In this document: positions 35,067 through 44,123 of the stretch, piece by piece
Numbering within the stretch: the first letter of the stretch is position 1
Layout of the letters: every line of letters begins with the position of its first letter
Assembly (NCBI GenBank): GCA_964515365.1
Contig: CAZERE010000001.1
Location: 14,181-78,180 of the forward strand
Direction: 5' to 3'
Source of the DNA: an uncultured Phenylobacterium sp.
GTDB lineage: Bacteria > Pseudomonadota > Alphaproteobacteria > Caulobacterales > Caulobacteraceae
DNA length: 64,000 bases
Made by a program: the position numbers and the translations under genes
The notes under the pieces: model-generated
The model's database searches: none
What the model saw: only the letters and a program-made list of their open reading frames with translations
What the model was told of the DNA's origin: nothing

Positions 35067-37642
35067 CTCCCACGGCGACCTACCGGCTGCAGTTCCACGC
35101 CGGCTTCACCTTCGCCGACGGCGCGGGGCTGGCGAACTATCTTCGCGACCTGGGGGTCAGCCATGTCTACGCCTCGCCCATCGCCGTGGCCCGCGCCGGC
35201 TCCACGCACGGCTATGACGTGGTCGATCCCACCGCCATCAATCCGGCGCTCGGCGGGGAGGACGGCTTCCGCCAGATGGCGGCGACGCTCAAGGCTGCGG
35301 GCCTGGGGATCATCCTCGACATCGTCCCCAACCACCTCGCGGTCGGCGGCTCGGACAACGCCTGGTGGCTGGACGTCCTGGAAAAGGGCGAGGCCAGCGC
35401 CTTTGCGGGCCTGTTCGACATCGACTGGCGGCCCCGCGATTCCGCCCTGCAGGGCAAGGTCCTGGCCCCCTTCCTGGGCGCGCCCTATGGCGAGGCCCTG
35501 GCCGGCGGGAACATCCGGTTGGAAACTGGCCCTGACGGATCGCTGTGGGCGATGGCCTATGGGCATCACAAGTTTCCCATCCGCGCGGCCGATCGGGCCG
35601 AGGTCTTCGATCTTGGCCTTGAAGCCTACGACCCGGCCAGAGAGCCCGGCCGCGCGCGGCTTCACGACCTGCTTGAGCGCCAGGCCTATCGCCTGGCCTG
35701 GTGGCAGACCGCGGGCGACGAGATCAACTGGCGGCGCTTCTTCGACATCACCGAGCTGGCCGGCGTCCGCGTGGAAGTCCCCGCGGTCTTCGAGCGCATC
35801 CACGCCCTGCCGCTTCGCCTCTATGCCGAGGGCCTGATCGATGGCCTACGCATCGACCACATCGACGGCCTGGCCGACCCGGCCGGATACCTCACCCGCC
35901 TGCGGGCCGAGCTGGCGAAGCTTGAATCCGCCAGGCCCGCCGGGTCGAGCCCCGGCCCGGCCTATCTGGTGGTGGAGAAGATCCTCGCCGAGGGCGAGGC
36001 CCTGAGCCGCGACTGGGCCTGCGACGGGACCACCGGCTATGAGTTCATGGACGGCGTCTCCGCCCTCCTCCATGAGCCGGAAGGCGCCGCGCCCCTCGCC
36101 GCGCTCTGGCAAGAGATCAGCGGCCGCGATGGCGACTATGAAGATGAGGAGCACGCCGCCCGGCTTGAAATCCTCACCCACGGCTTCGCCGGCCAGGTCG
36201 ACGCCGTCGCCGGCGCCTTTCACGACCTGGCCCGAGATGATCTTAAGACCCGCGACCTGACGCAGGGCGCCCTGCGCCGCGCGATCACCCAGCTGCTCAC
36301 CGGCTTTTCCGCCTACAGGCTCTATGGGGAGGGTGAGGCCCTTTCCCAGGGCGAGGCCGGCATCCTGGCGCAGGCCATGGCCAGGGCGCAGGCGGCCATT
36401 GCGCCCGCTGACCGCCCGGCGCTCAATCAGATCGAGACCTGGCTGACCGGCGGCGGACCGGGCGCGCCGAACGCCCGGCGCCGGGCGCTGCAGCGGTTCC
36501 ATCAGCTCAGCGCCCCGGTGGCGGCCAAGTCGGCGGAAGACACCGCCTTCTACCGCTATCTGCGGCTCATCTCGCGAAACGAGGTGGGCTCCTATCCTGG
36601 CCACCTAGCTGGTGACGCGGACGAATTCCACGCCGCCAACCTCGCCCGGGCCGCAGCCTGGCCCGGCAGTCTGCTCACCACCGCCACCCACGACCACAAG
36701 CGGGGCGAAGACGTGCGCGCCCGGCTGGCCGTGCTCAGCGAGCGCCCGGAGGCCTGGGCGGCCAGGGTGCGCCCCTGGCTCGGCGACGCGCCGGCGGAGA
36801 TCGATCCCGCCGACGCCTATCAGATGCACCAGACCCTGGCGGGCGCCCTGCCCCTCGACTTGGACATGGGTGATGCGGCGGGGCTGAAGGTCTTTGGCGA
36901 GCGGGTGGCCGGCTGGTTCACCAAGGCCCTGCGGGAGGGCAAGCTGCGGTCCTCCTGGGCGGTTCCGAACGCCGACTATGAGCGCGCCTGCCTCGCCTAT
37001 CTCGACCACTGCCTTGGGGATGAGGCCTATCGCGCGGCCCTTTCGGATCTGGTGGAAGAGATCGCGCCCGCCGGCGCCGTCAAGGGCCTGGCCCAGGCGC
37101 TGCTGCGCTGCGCAAGCCCGGGCGCGCCCGACACCTATCAGGGGACCGAACTCTGGGACTTCAGCCTGGTGGACCCCGACAATCGCCGCCCGGTGGACTT
37201 CGCCCTGCGCCAGGAGATGCTGCGCCAGACCTCGCCTGGGGACCCCCTGGCCGATTGGCGCACCGGGGCGGTGAAGCAGATGGTGATCGGCCGCACGCTC
37301 AATCTTCGCAGGGCCAGGCCCGATGTCTTCGCCCAAGGCGCCTACGCGCCGCTGCGGGTGCAGGGCCGCCGGCAAGAGGCGATCGTCGCCTTCGCCCGCC
37401 GGACGGCAACGGACACGGTGATCGCCGCGGCGGTGATCGCCTCGCCGGCCGACTTCGCCCGGGGGCTTCCCCTGCCCGATGCGGAATGGTGGGGCGACAC
37501 TGTCGTGCAGCTTGAGGCCGATCCGGAGATCACACTCCACGACCATCTGAGCGAGCAGGCCCACGTGGCGGGCGCCGTGCCCGCCGCCAGGCTGTTCGAG
37601 CGCCTGCCGGTCGCCCTGCTGGCCCTCGAACCGCGCGGCTAG
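35063..37642 (+). CDS. treY: Malto-oligosyltrehalose synthase
   Basis: PTATYRLQF, GSTHGYDVVDP, DIVPNH, GLRIDHIDGL, THDHKRGED; ATGA overlap with malQ. Confidence 0.96.
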   Translation: MTPTATYRLQFHAGFTFADGAGLANYLRDLGVSHVYASPIAVARAGSTHGYDVVDPTAINPALGGEDGFRQMAATLKAAGLGIILDIVPNHLAVGGSDNAWWLDVLEKGEASAFAGLFDIDWRPRDSALQGKVLAPFLGAPYGEALAGGNIRLETGPDGSLWAMAYGHHKFPIRAADRAEVFDLGLEAYDPAREPGRARLHDLLERQAYRLAWWQTAGDEINWRRFFDITELAGVRVEVPAVFERIHALPLRLYAEGLIDGLRIDHIDGLADPAGYLTRLRAELAKLESARPAGSSPGPAYLVVEKILAEGEALSRDWACDGTTGYEFMDGVSALLHEPEGAAPLAALWQEISGRDGDYEDEEHAARLEILTHGFAGQVDAVAGAFHDLARDDLKTRDLTQGALRRAITQLLTGFSAYRLYGEGEALSQGEAGILAQAMARAQAAIAPADRPALNQIETWLTGGGPGAPNARRRALQRFHQLSAPVAAKSAEDTAFYRYLRLISRNEVGSYPGHLAGDADEFHAANLARAAAWPGSLLTTATHDHKRGEDVRARLAVLSERPEAWAARVRPWLGDAPAEIDPADAYQMHQTLAGALPLDLDMGDAAGLKVFGERVAGWFTKALREGKLRSSWAVPNADYERACLAYLDHCLGDEAYRAALSDLVEEIAPAGAVKGLAQALLRCASPGAPDTYQGTELWDFSLVDPDNRRPVDFALRQEMLRQTSPGDPLADWRTGAVKQMVIGRTLNLRRARPDVFAQGAYAPLRVQGRRQEAIVAFARRTATDTVIAAAVIASPADFARGLPLPDAEWWGDTVVQLEADPEITLHDHLSEQAHVAGAVPAARLFERLPVALLALEPRG

Positions 37643-38280
37643 AGGGCTTCGCCGTCCAGATCAGCGCCAGCCGCCGCGCCCGGACGAGGCGTCAGGATCA
37701 TGGTCCGGCCCTCGACGCGCCAGCTGGCCAGCCGCGTCAGAAAGTTCATGCCCAGGACATCCACCGGCCCCAACGCCCCTGAGATGGCCACCTGCAAATC
37801 GGCCGCCCGGACGCCGCCGAGCTGGAATTCGTCAACCGAGGCCGGCCGCGCCTGGACGACGCCATTGGCCGTCCGCGCCAGGATCGGCGTGAGGCCAGGC
37901 TCTGGGCGAATGCCGGCGCGGGCGGCGGTTTCGGTGGATATGGCCGTCAGGGTCGCGCCGCTGTCGACCAGCATGCGGACCTCCTGTCCGTTCAGCGTCG
38001 CCTTGGCCCAGAAGTGCCCGTCGGCCGACATGGGGATGCGAACCTCCTCGCCCACAACCTCCTGCCGGTCCAGCCCGGTGCGCTCGACGATCTGGGCCAG
38101 CCAGGGCTGATAGGGCGCATGCTGCAACAGGATGAAGAGGCAAAGCGCCAAGGCGCCGAACGACACGGCTGTGCGCAGCGCCGGACCCACATAGGGAATC
38201 CGGAACAGCAGGGTCATGATGGCGGCGCCCGCCAGCGCATAGAGCGCCAGCTGCTGCCAGTAGGGGAGCGTGCTGAGCAT
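37639..38280 (-). CDS. Clan AA aspartic protease (TIGR02281-like), membrane anchored
   Basis: DGHFW, MLVDSGAT, VLGMNFL; N-terminal TM helices; GAGGAG RBS. Confidence 0.9.
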   Translation of the reverse strand: MLSTLPYWQQLALYALAGAAIMTLLFRIPYVGPALRTAVSFGALALCLFILLQHAPYQPWLAQIVERTGLDRQEVVGEEVRIPMSADGHFWAKATLNGQEVRMLVDSGATLTAISTETAARAGIRPEPGLTPILARTANGVVQARPASVDEFQLGGVRAADLQVAISGALGPVDVLGMNFLTRLASWRVEGRTMILTPRPGAAAGADLDGEAL

Positions 38281-38352
38281 GTCCCTCCTCAACCCCACAG
38301 CCGGGCTTTCGATCCCGCCGAGCGCTACAATAGGATCGAAGGCCGGATCGTC

Positions 38353-38868
38353 CTAGGTGTCGGCCTGCCCATACTCCGGCGGCGCGATCAGGTCGAACCT
38401 TCGGACCAGGGCGCGGACGTCTCGGTGATCCTTCTCGCGCGGTCGATAGCCCCGATGGCTTTCCAATTGGTACTCCGGCGATAGGCAAAAGACGGGCAGG
38501 TCGCCCACGCGGCCGCGCCCGGCCAAGGCTGAGGCCGGATAGAACTGGCCATTCTCGGCGGGGCCATAGATTCCGTCGCCGCGCCTGTCGATGCTGATGA
38601 CGTGGACATCGATCAGCTCCTGGCGGGCGTTCGCCAGCACATAGTTCCAGGCTCGGGTGTCGTCCCGCGGATAGGGCGCAAAGCCCTGGTCGGCCAGGAA
38701 GGCGCTCATGGCCGGCAGGTCCTTCTCCTGCACGACGATGTCGAGGTCGGAATGCTCCCGCGTCTGCTCACCCAGCAGAGCATCGACGCCCCAACCCCCA
38801 TCCAGCCAGGTCTGGACGCCGACAGTCAGCAGGCCGGAATAGAGGGTGATCACGGTTTCAATGCGCAA
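38353..38868 (-). CDS. Lnu(A)/ANT(2'')-like nucleotidyltransferase
   Basis: WLDGGWGVDALLGEQTREHSDLD, IDVH, HRGY..REKD..D; GGAGG 7 nt before TTG 38868. Confidence 0.85.
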   Translation of the reverse strand: MRIETVITLYSGLLTVGVQTWLDGGWGVDALLGEQTREHSDLDIVVQEKDLPAMSAFLADQGFAPYPRDDTRAWNYVLANARQELIDVHVISIDRRGDGIYGPAENGQFYPASALAGRGRVGDLPVFCLSPEYQLESHRGYRPREKDHRDVRALVRRFDLIAPPEYGQADT

Positions 38869-38929
38869 GGCCAAGCCTCCATGCTTCTGGACCAGACGCC
38901 CAAAGGTTTGGAGCCAGCTCGCGGCGAGC

Positions 38930-39301
38930 TCAGCTGTCTGACTGGTCCTGGATCAACCTGAGGAGCGACCCATTGGGGTCGATGAGCGCGCCGACGAGCG
39001 GACCTGTGTCGCCTTCGGCGCGGGGGACGAGCCTGGGAATCCCGGCGCGGGCCTCAGGGACCCCAGCCGCCAGGCAGGCTTCATAGAACCGGGCAGGGTC
39101 TGAAAGCCGCAAACAGCTGCCGAACCAGCTTGCGCTCGGGTCGAGGTCTGGGTGGGGGAAGAATTCCAGCTGAAGAGCCCCCCGGACCAGGATCATCCAG
39201 GCCGGGTCACGCCAGGTCTGCGAGAAGCCGAGGGCCTCATAGAACCGGGCCGTCTCGTCAAAGTCACGGGCTGGAAGATTGGGCGTCGCGCGATCAGCCA
39301 T
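38930..39301 (-). CDS. ble: Bleomycin-binding protein homologue (VOC fold, Tn5 Ble/Ble-MBL-like)
   Basis: ATPNLPARDFD, WMILVRG.LQLEFFPHPDLDP, DPNGSLLRLIQ. Confidence 0.85.
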   Translation of the reverse strand: MADRATPNLPARDFDETARFYEALGFSQTWRDPAWMILVRGALQLEFFPHPDLDPSASWFGSCLRLSDPARFYEACLAAGVPEARAGIPRLVPRAEGDTGPLVGALIDPNGSLLRLIQDQSDS

Positions 39302-39356
39302 GCGCCATGACTAGTGGGCTGTTGTGACACCTGTGCGTCCCAGCGCCCCCGCCGCC

Positions 39357-42300
39357 TCACCAGACCCAGCGGACGCCGACGGAGGCCTGGCGGCCGACCG
39401 ATCCGAGTTGGAGCAGGCGATCCTTGGAGCCTTCATAGGCGAGTTCGCGGGTGTCGGTGAGGTTGGTGGCCGAGAGGACCAGTTCGGCCTGGGCGGAAAG
39501 CTCATAGATCGCCTGGGCGTCGAGATAGCCCGCCGCGCCGACGGTGAAGTCCGAAACCCCGCCGCCCTGCATGTCGGCCTCGGACCGGAAGGGGGAACGC
39601 CAGGACCAGGACAGGTTCACGCTTAAGGGCCCGCGCTCCAGATAGGGACTGATGGACCAGGCCCAGTCCGAGACCCCGGTCAGCCGCCCGCCGCCGTCCA
39701 GCCGCGAATGGGTCCAGGTGGCGCTGGCCCAGAGGCCCAGGCCATGGGCCAGGCGCTGATGCAGACCCAGCTCCACCCCGTCGATGGTGGCGCGCCCGAC
39801 ATTGTGCGGCCGGCTCATCAGGACCTCGGCCTCGACCGAGGGACCGGCCTGGGTTTCGAAAATCAGCACCTCCGGGGCCGCCACCGTCTCAATGAAGTCG
39901 TCGATGGTCTTGTGGAAATAGGCGATGGAGATGCTGGTGCGACGACCGGTGACCTCATAGGAGAGGTCGAAATTGGTCGAGACATACGGGGTCAGGGCGG
40001 GGTTGCCGCCGACGCCGCTGAAGATGAGGCCGTCTTCCGGGTCGGTGACCGCCGCCTCGCCATCCTCGTAGATGGCCGACACCAGGACGCTCGCCGGGAC
40101 GGTGGAGGCCCGCAGATCGGCCAGGGACGGCCGGGTGATCGAGCGCGACGCCGCCACCCGCAGGATCGAGGCCTCATCCAGATCGACGGCCAGATTCAGG
40201 CTCGGCAAGGCCGCCCGATGGTCGCCGTCGAAGGTCACGGGTCGAACCTGGGCGAGCCCCCCGACCCGCTCCACGCGGGCGCCTTCCACATGGGTGCGGG
40301 TCTCGATGGCGCGGACGCCGAGATTGCCGAAGACCCGACGCGCCAGGACCCGACCTTCGAAATCCAGGCGCAGATAGGCCGCCGCCACCTGTTCGCCCAC
40401 CTCATAGGAGTTCTGCTGGTCGGCGCCGGTCGGCGCGACATCGCCGGGCTGGAAGACGATGTCGGCGGCCGGATCTGAAATGCGAAAGGCCGGCCGCAGG
40501 CGCGCGAAATCGGCCGTGGCCCAGGGCGTCGCGCGCACGGCGACCAGGTCGCTGAACACATCGGTCGGCGTGGCGCCGGTGAAAAAGCCCGCCACACCGG
40601 CGTCTTCCGCCAGGGGGATGGCGCGCCGATCCCGGCGATCATAGTCCCGGCTCCGGTCGCTGATCTGGACGCCCAGCCGAAGCGTCGAGAGGCTGACGCC
40701 CGCCCAGCTGTGGTCGAGACGGCGCTCGGCGTCGAAGATCGCCGTCACATCGATGTCCCGGGACTCCACGGCGCGAATGCTCAGCTGGCCCAGGGTCAGG
40801 CTGGCGGGGTTGAGGAGGCCGAAGTCGGTGGTCAAGCGGGCGGCCCGGCGCGAGCTGGCCGCATCCCCCAGATCGAAGGCGTAGGCGACCCCCTCGGGCG
40901 ACTCCGTGGAGAACCGCTCCAGGGGCGTATCCAGCACGGAGTCCGCCTGGGAGGCGCTGAGGCGCGGGGTCAGGCGCCAGTCGCCCAGGGCGACGTCGGC
41001 CCCTACCGAGACCAGCACGTTCAGGTGCGACTGGTCGGAGAACTCGGTGTTGTTGTCGATCTGGCCGTCGGTGACGCTGGCGGCGGTGACCACGCCGTTT
41101 TCAGCGCGCACCACCGCGCCCGGCTCGGCCAGCACGGCGCCCAGGCCAAACACCAGCCGATCCTCGCGAATGGTGTTGTCGAAGGTGGAGACCAGCCCGT
41201 CGAAATCGAACCGCACATCGGGGGACGGCCTCCAGTCGGCGCCGACGAACAGGCTGCGTCGCCGGCGCTCTTCCTGCTCCACGGTGGTGCGGACATCATT
41301 CGGGGTGACCAGCAGCTCGCCGTCGATGACCGTCTGGCCATAGCGCATGATCTGGAAGCGGTCATAGCGGACGCTCCGCGTCTCCTGGGACACCCCGGCG
41401 ATCAGGCCCATCTCGCCATTGGCCGACACCATCCGTCCGGCCACGGAGAGGTCGGCCCCGAGATCGTCTGATCGCGCGCTCGTCTCGGCGCCCAGCCGCA
41501 GGGACAGGAAGGGGTCGCCATCGAGGCCGCCGGCGGTCTCGATATCGATATTGGACCCGATGCCGCCGTCGATCAGGTCCGGCGTCGAGGACTTGGTCAG
41601 GCGCGCCCCGGCCAGCAGATCCACCGACAGGGCGCGGAAGCGGAACTGGCGGCCGCTCTGGGTGGAGTTGCGGATGTTCTCGTTGAAGGCCACCGGCGCG
41701 CCGTTCAGCGTCACCGACTGGAACAGCGGCCCAAGGCCCCGGACGCTGACGAACTGCCCCTCGCCCACCTCGCGCTCGATGGCCACGCCCGGCACCCGCT
41801 GCAGGGCCTCGGCCAGGTTGGCCGCTGGCAGGTCGCCGATCCGGTCCGAAGCGACGACATCGGATATAACGTCGGCGGCGCGCTTGCGGCTCAGCCCCAC
41901 ATCGATCTGGTCCGAGAGACGCCCGACGACCTCCACGGCCCGCACCTCGACCGGCCCGATCGCCTCGGGCGGCGGGGGCGGCGCTGGGGCGGCGACCCAG
42001 ACCCGCACGCCCCTGGCGCCCACGAAGCGGTAGCGCAGATCGGTGCCGTCCAGCATCTGGGCCAGGGCCGTCCGCCAGCCCATCGCCCCCCGCACCGCCT
42101 TGGTGCGAGCCCTGTGGCCGGGCCGGGGGGTGAAGGCCAGCTCGCAATCGGCCGCCAGGCAGAGCTGGAGCAGCGCCGAGGAGGCGTCCTGGGCCGGGAT
42201 GTCAAAGGCGATCGGGCGCCCGCTCTGGGCCTGGGCCGGCTGGGCCGCCGCCAGCGCCAGGGTGACGGCCAGAGTCAGAGCCCCGACCACACCCCATCGC

Positions 42301-42359
42301 AAGCTTGCGCTCGACAACGTGGCGGACAGGTTCAAAGAGCTGCGCCGTGGATAGACCAT
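39357..42359 (-). CDS. TonB-dependent receptor/transducer with N-terminal STN signalling domain
   Basis: FDIPAQ...LAQMLDGTDL STN domain, Pro linker, NLAEALQRVPGV, VSVRGLG, terminal W; start uncertain. Confidence 0.92.
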   Translation of the reverse strand: MVYPRRSSLNLSATLSSASLRWGVVGALTLAVTLALAAAQPAQAQSGRPIAFDIPAQDASSALLQLCLAADCELAFTPRPGHRARTKAVRGAMGWRTALAQMLDGTDLRYRFVGARGVRVWVAAPAPPPPPEAIGPVEVRAVEVVGRLSDQIDVGLSRKRAADVISDVVASDRIGDLPAANLAEALQRVPGVAIEREVGEGQFVSVRGLGPLFQSVTLNGAPVAFNENIRNSTQSGRQFRFRALSVDLLAGARLTKSSTPDLIDGGIGSNIDIETAGGLDGDPFLSLRLGAETSARSDDLGADLSVAGRMVSANGEMGLIAGVSQETRSVRYDRFQIMRYGQTVIDGELLVTPNDVRTTVEQEERRRRSLFVGADWRPSPDVRFDFDGLVSTFDNTIREDRLVFGLGAVLAEPGAVVRAENGVVTAASVTDGQIDNNTEFSDQSHLNVLVSVGADVALGDWRLTPRLSASQADSVLDTPLERFSTESPEGVAYAFDLGDAASSRRAARLTTDFGLLNPASLTLGQLSIRAVESRDIDVTAIFDAERRLDHSWAGVSLSTLRLGVQISDRSRDYDRRDRRAIPLAEDAGVAGFFTGATPTDVFSDLVAVRATPWATADFARLRPAFRISDPAADIVFQPGDVAPTGADQQNSYEVGEQVAAAYLRLDFEGRVLARRVFGNLGVRAIETRTHVEGARVERVGGLAQVRPVTFDGDHRAALPSLNLAVDLDEASILRVAASRSITRPSLADLRASTVPASVLVSAIYEDGEAAVTDPEDGLIFSGVGGNPALTPYVSTNFDLSYEVTGRRTSISIAYFHKTIDDFIETVAAPEVLIFETQAGPSVEAEVLMSRPHNVGRATIDGVELGLHQRLAHGLGLWASATWTHSRLDGGGRLTGVSDWAWSISPYLERGPLSVNLSWSWRSPFRSEADMQGGGVSDFTVGAAGYLDAQAIYELSAQAELVLSATNLTDTRELAYEGSKDRLLQLGSVGRQASVGVRWVW

Positions 42360-42405
42360 GCCTAGCCGCCCTAACCTACGGGCGTGACAGCTCTGCGATG
42401 GCCGC

Positions 42406-43404
42406 CTATTCGGCGCGGATCAGGACGCGGCCGTCGGCGGCGTGCTCGGCCCGTATGGGCAGCAGCGCGGCCATGCGATCGGCCAAAGCGCCGTCCCCCT
42501 CCAGGGGCAGGACCGTGGTGATGAACATGCGATCCAGGGCCGGGTCGGCGACGACCAGCGGCGCGCTGGAATAGCGGGCCGCGGCCCTGATCACGTCGGA
42601 CAGGGGCGCATTGCGGAAAACCAGGCGGCGCTGGCGCCAGGCCGTCGCCGCCTCCACGTCGGCGCGGGTCTTCACGATCTGAGGCGCGCCGGATCGGAAG
42701 ACGGCGCGTTCGCCGGCCGTGACCCCCAGCGCGCCCTCCAGCGCATCGGCCCGGGCCGCATCGCGGCGCCCGATCGCCACCCGGCCCTGGAGGACCGAGA
42801 TCTGCGCGCTGTCGCCGGTGATCGCCGTCACGAAGCGCGTGCCCGTGACGATCACCTGACGATCGGCCACCGCCACCTGGAAGGGGTGGGCCGCGTCGTG
42901 CGTCACCTCGAAATAGGCCGAGCCCCGCTCCAGGGTCAGGCGGCGCACGTCCTTGGCGAAGGCCACGCGGATGGCGGAGTCGGCGTCCAGGGTCACCCGC
43001 GAGCCGTCGTCCAGGGTCAGGTCGACGATCTGGCCCGGTGCGCTTTCGAAAAGCTGGCTCTCGGGCGCGGCCCGCAGCATGGGCAGTAAGGCGAGCGCGG
43101 CCACCACAGCGGCCATGGCGGCGAGACCACCGCCAAGGAGCAGCCCCTTCGGCGCGCCCGATCGCCGCGCGCCGCCGCGCCGCAGACGGGCGAGATCGCC
43201 CTCAAAGGCCATCCGCAGGTCCGCCAGTTCGGCGTTCGCCGCCTTCAGCGCCTCGTACTGGCGCAGATGATCGGGGTCGGCGTCGAACCAGGCTTCGAGC
43301 GCCGCCTGGTCGCGCGCGCTCACCCCCGGCCGCCCCATACGGGCCAGCCAGGCCTCGGCCGTCACGGGCCGGGCGGCGAACAGGGCGGCGAGACGATTGA
43401 GCAT
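42406..43404 (-). CDS. FecR-family anti-sigma factor
   Basis: AEAWLAR...WFDADP.H, TM helix, LDDGSRVTLDADS, VTGTRF, AWRQRRLVF. Confidence 0.92.
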   Translation of the reverse strand: MLNRLAALFAARPVTAEAWLARMGRPGVSARDQAALEAWFDADPDHLRQYEALKAANAELADLRMAFEGDLARLRRGGARRSGAPKGLLLGGGLAAMAAVVAALALLPMLRAAPESQLFESAPGQIVDLTLDDGSRVTLDADSAIRVAFAKDVRRLTLERGSAYFEVTHDAAHPFQVAVADRQVIVTGTRFVTAITGDSAQISVLQGRVAIGRRDAARADALEGALGVTAGERAVFRSGAPQIVKTRADVEAATAWRQRRLVFRNAPLSDVIRAAARYSSAPLVVADPALDRMFITTVLPLEGDGALADRMAALLPIRAEHAADGRVLIRAE

Positions 43405-43462
43405 CAGCGCAGGGACTTCCTCTGGACGGCGTGGCCAGCGTCGCCGCGGGCGTCACCAAAGA

Positions 43463-43488
43463 CAACGATGCACGGGACCAACACCTCA
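43463..43488 (-). promoter_or_regulatory. Putative ECF promoter upstream of fecR
   Basis: TGAGGtGTTGgTCccgtgcaTCGTTG; 17/26 identical, with the same spacing, to 46971-46996. Confidence 0.65.
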
Positions 43489-43992
43489 ATCGCCCCGCGA
43501 CATCTTCAACTGCCGCAGCGCCTCGGCGATGTGTTTTTCGACCATGCTGACCGAGATTCCCAGCCGCGCGGCGATCTGCCGGTAGGTCAGGTTTTCGAAC
43601 CTGTGCAGCAGGAAGGCGTCCCGCGTCTTGGGCGGCAGGGCGCGGATGGCCGCGGCGGCGGCGGCCAGGTTCTGGCGATCGATCAACTGCTGATCGGCCC
43701 GCGGCGCCGCGCTGGCCAGGGCGTAGGGACCGGAGTCCAGGTCATAGACGTCATCAGGCAGGCTCCGGCGGGTCTCCCGCGCGGCGGCCTTCCAGCGGTC
43801 GAGCTGGATGTTCTTCGCGATGACGAACAGCAGCGGCCGCGCATCGGCCGCCGTCAGCTCGTGGCCGGCGCGGTGGAACCGGGCGAAGGCCTCCTGCGCC
43901 ACGTCCTCGGCCTCCTCCCCGCCCCGGTCCTTGCGGCGGAGATAGGCGACCAGATCGGCGCGCAGGCCGTTGACGTCGAACTCAGTCCCCAT
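43486..43992 (-). CDS. FecI-like ECF sigma factor
   Basis: AEDVAQEAF (region 2), LPPKTRDAFLLHR...IAARLGISVSMVEKHI (region 4); start re-called at ATG 43992. Confidence 0.92.
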   Translation of the reverse strand: MGTEFDVNGLRADLVAYLRRKDRGGEEAEDVAQEAFARFHRAGHELTAADARPLLFVIAKNIQLDRWKAAARETRRSLPDDVYDLDSGPYALASAAPRADQQLIDRQNLAAAAAAIRALPPKTRDAFLLHRFENLTYRQIAARLGISVSMVEKHIAEALRQLKMSRGD

Positions 43993-44027
43993 GCGCCGCC
44001 TGCCGTCCGCCCATGCGGGCGCAAAGA

Positions 44028-44050
44028 CGCCCCCTCCGTCGGAGGGGGCG
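44028..44050 (-). terminator. Probable intrinsic terminator after the TonB receptor
   Basis: Perfect 10-bp stem CGCCCCCTCC/GGAGGGGGCG followed by TCTTT on the minus strand. Confidence 0.6.
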
Positions 44051-44123
44051 CGTCGCGCGGTGGAACGCAGGGGGACTGTGCGCTCCACCGGCTATCTCGA
44101 TGGCTGTCGCGATCAACGCGGGC

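Noticed and set aside
43202-43489. 95-aa ORF overlapping the sigma stop codon and fecR
   Set aside because: Out of frame with fecR and without motifs; the region is better explained as a promoter.
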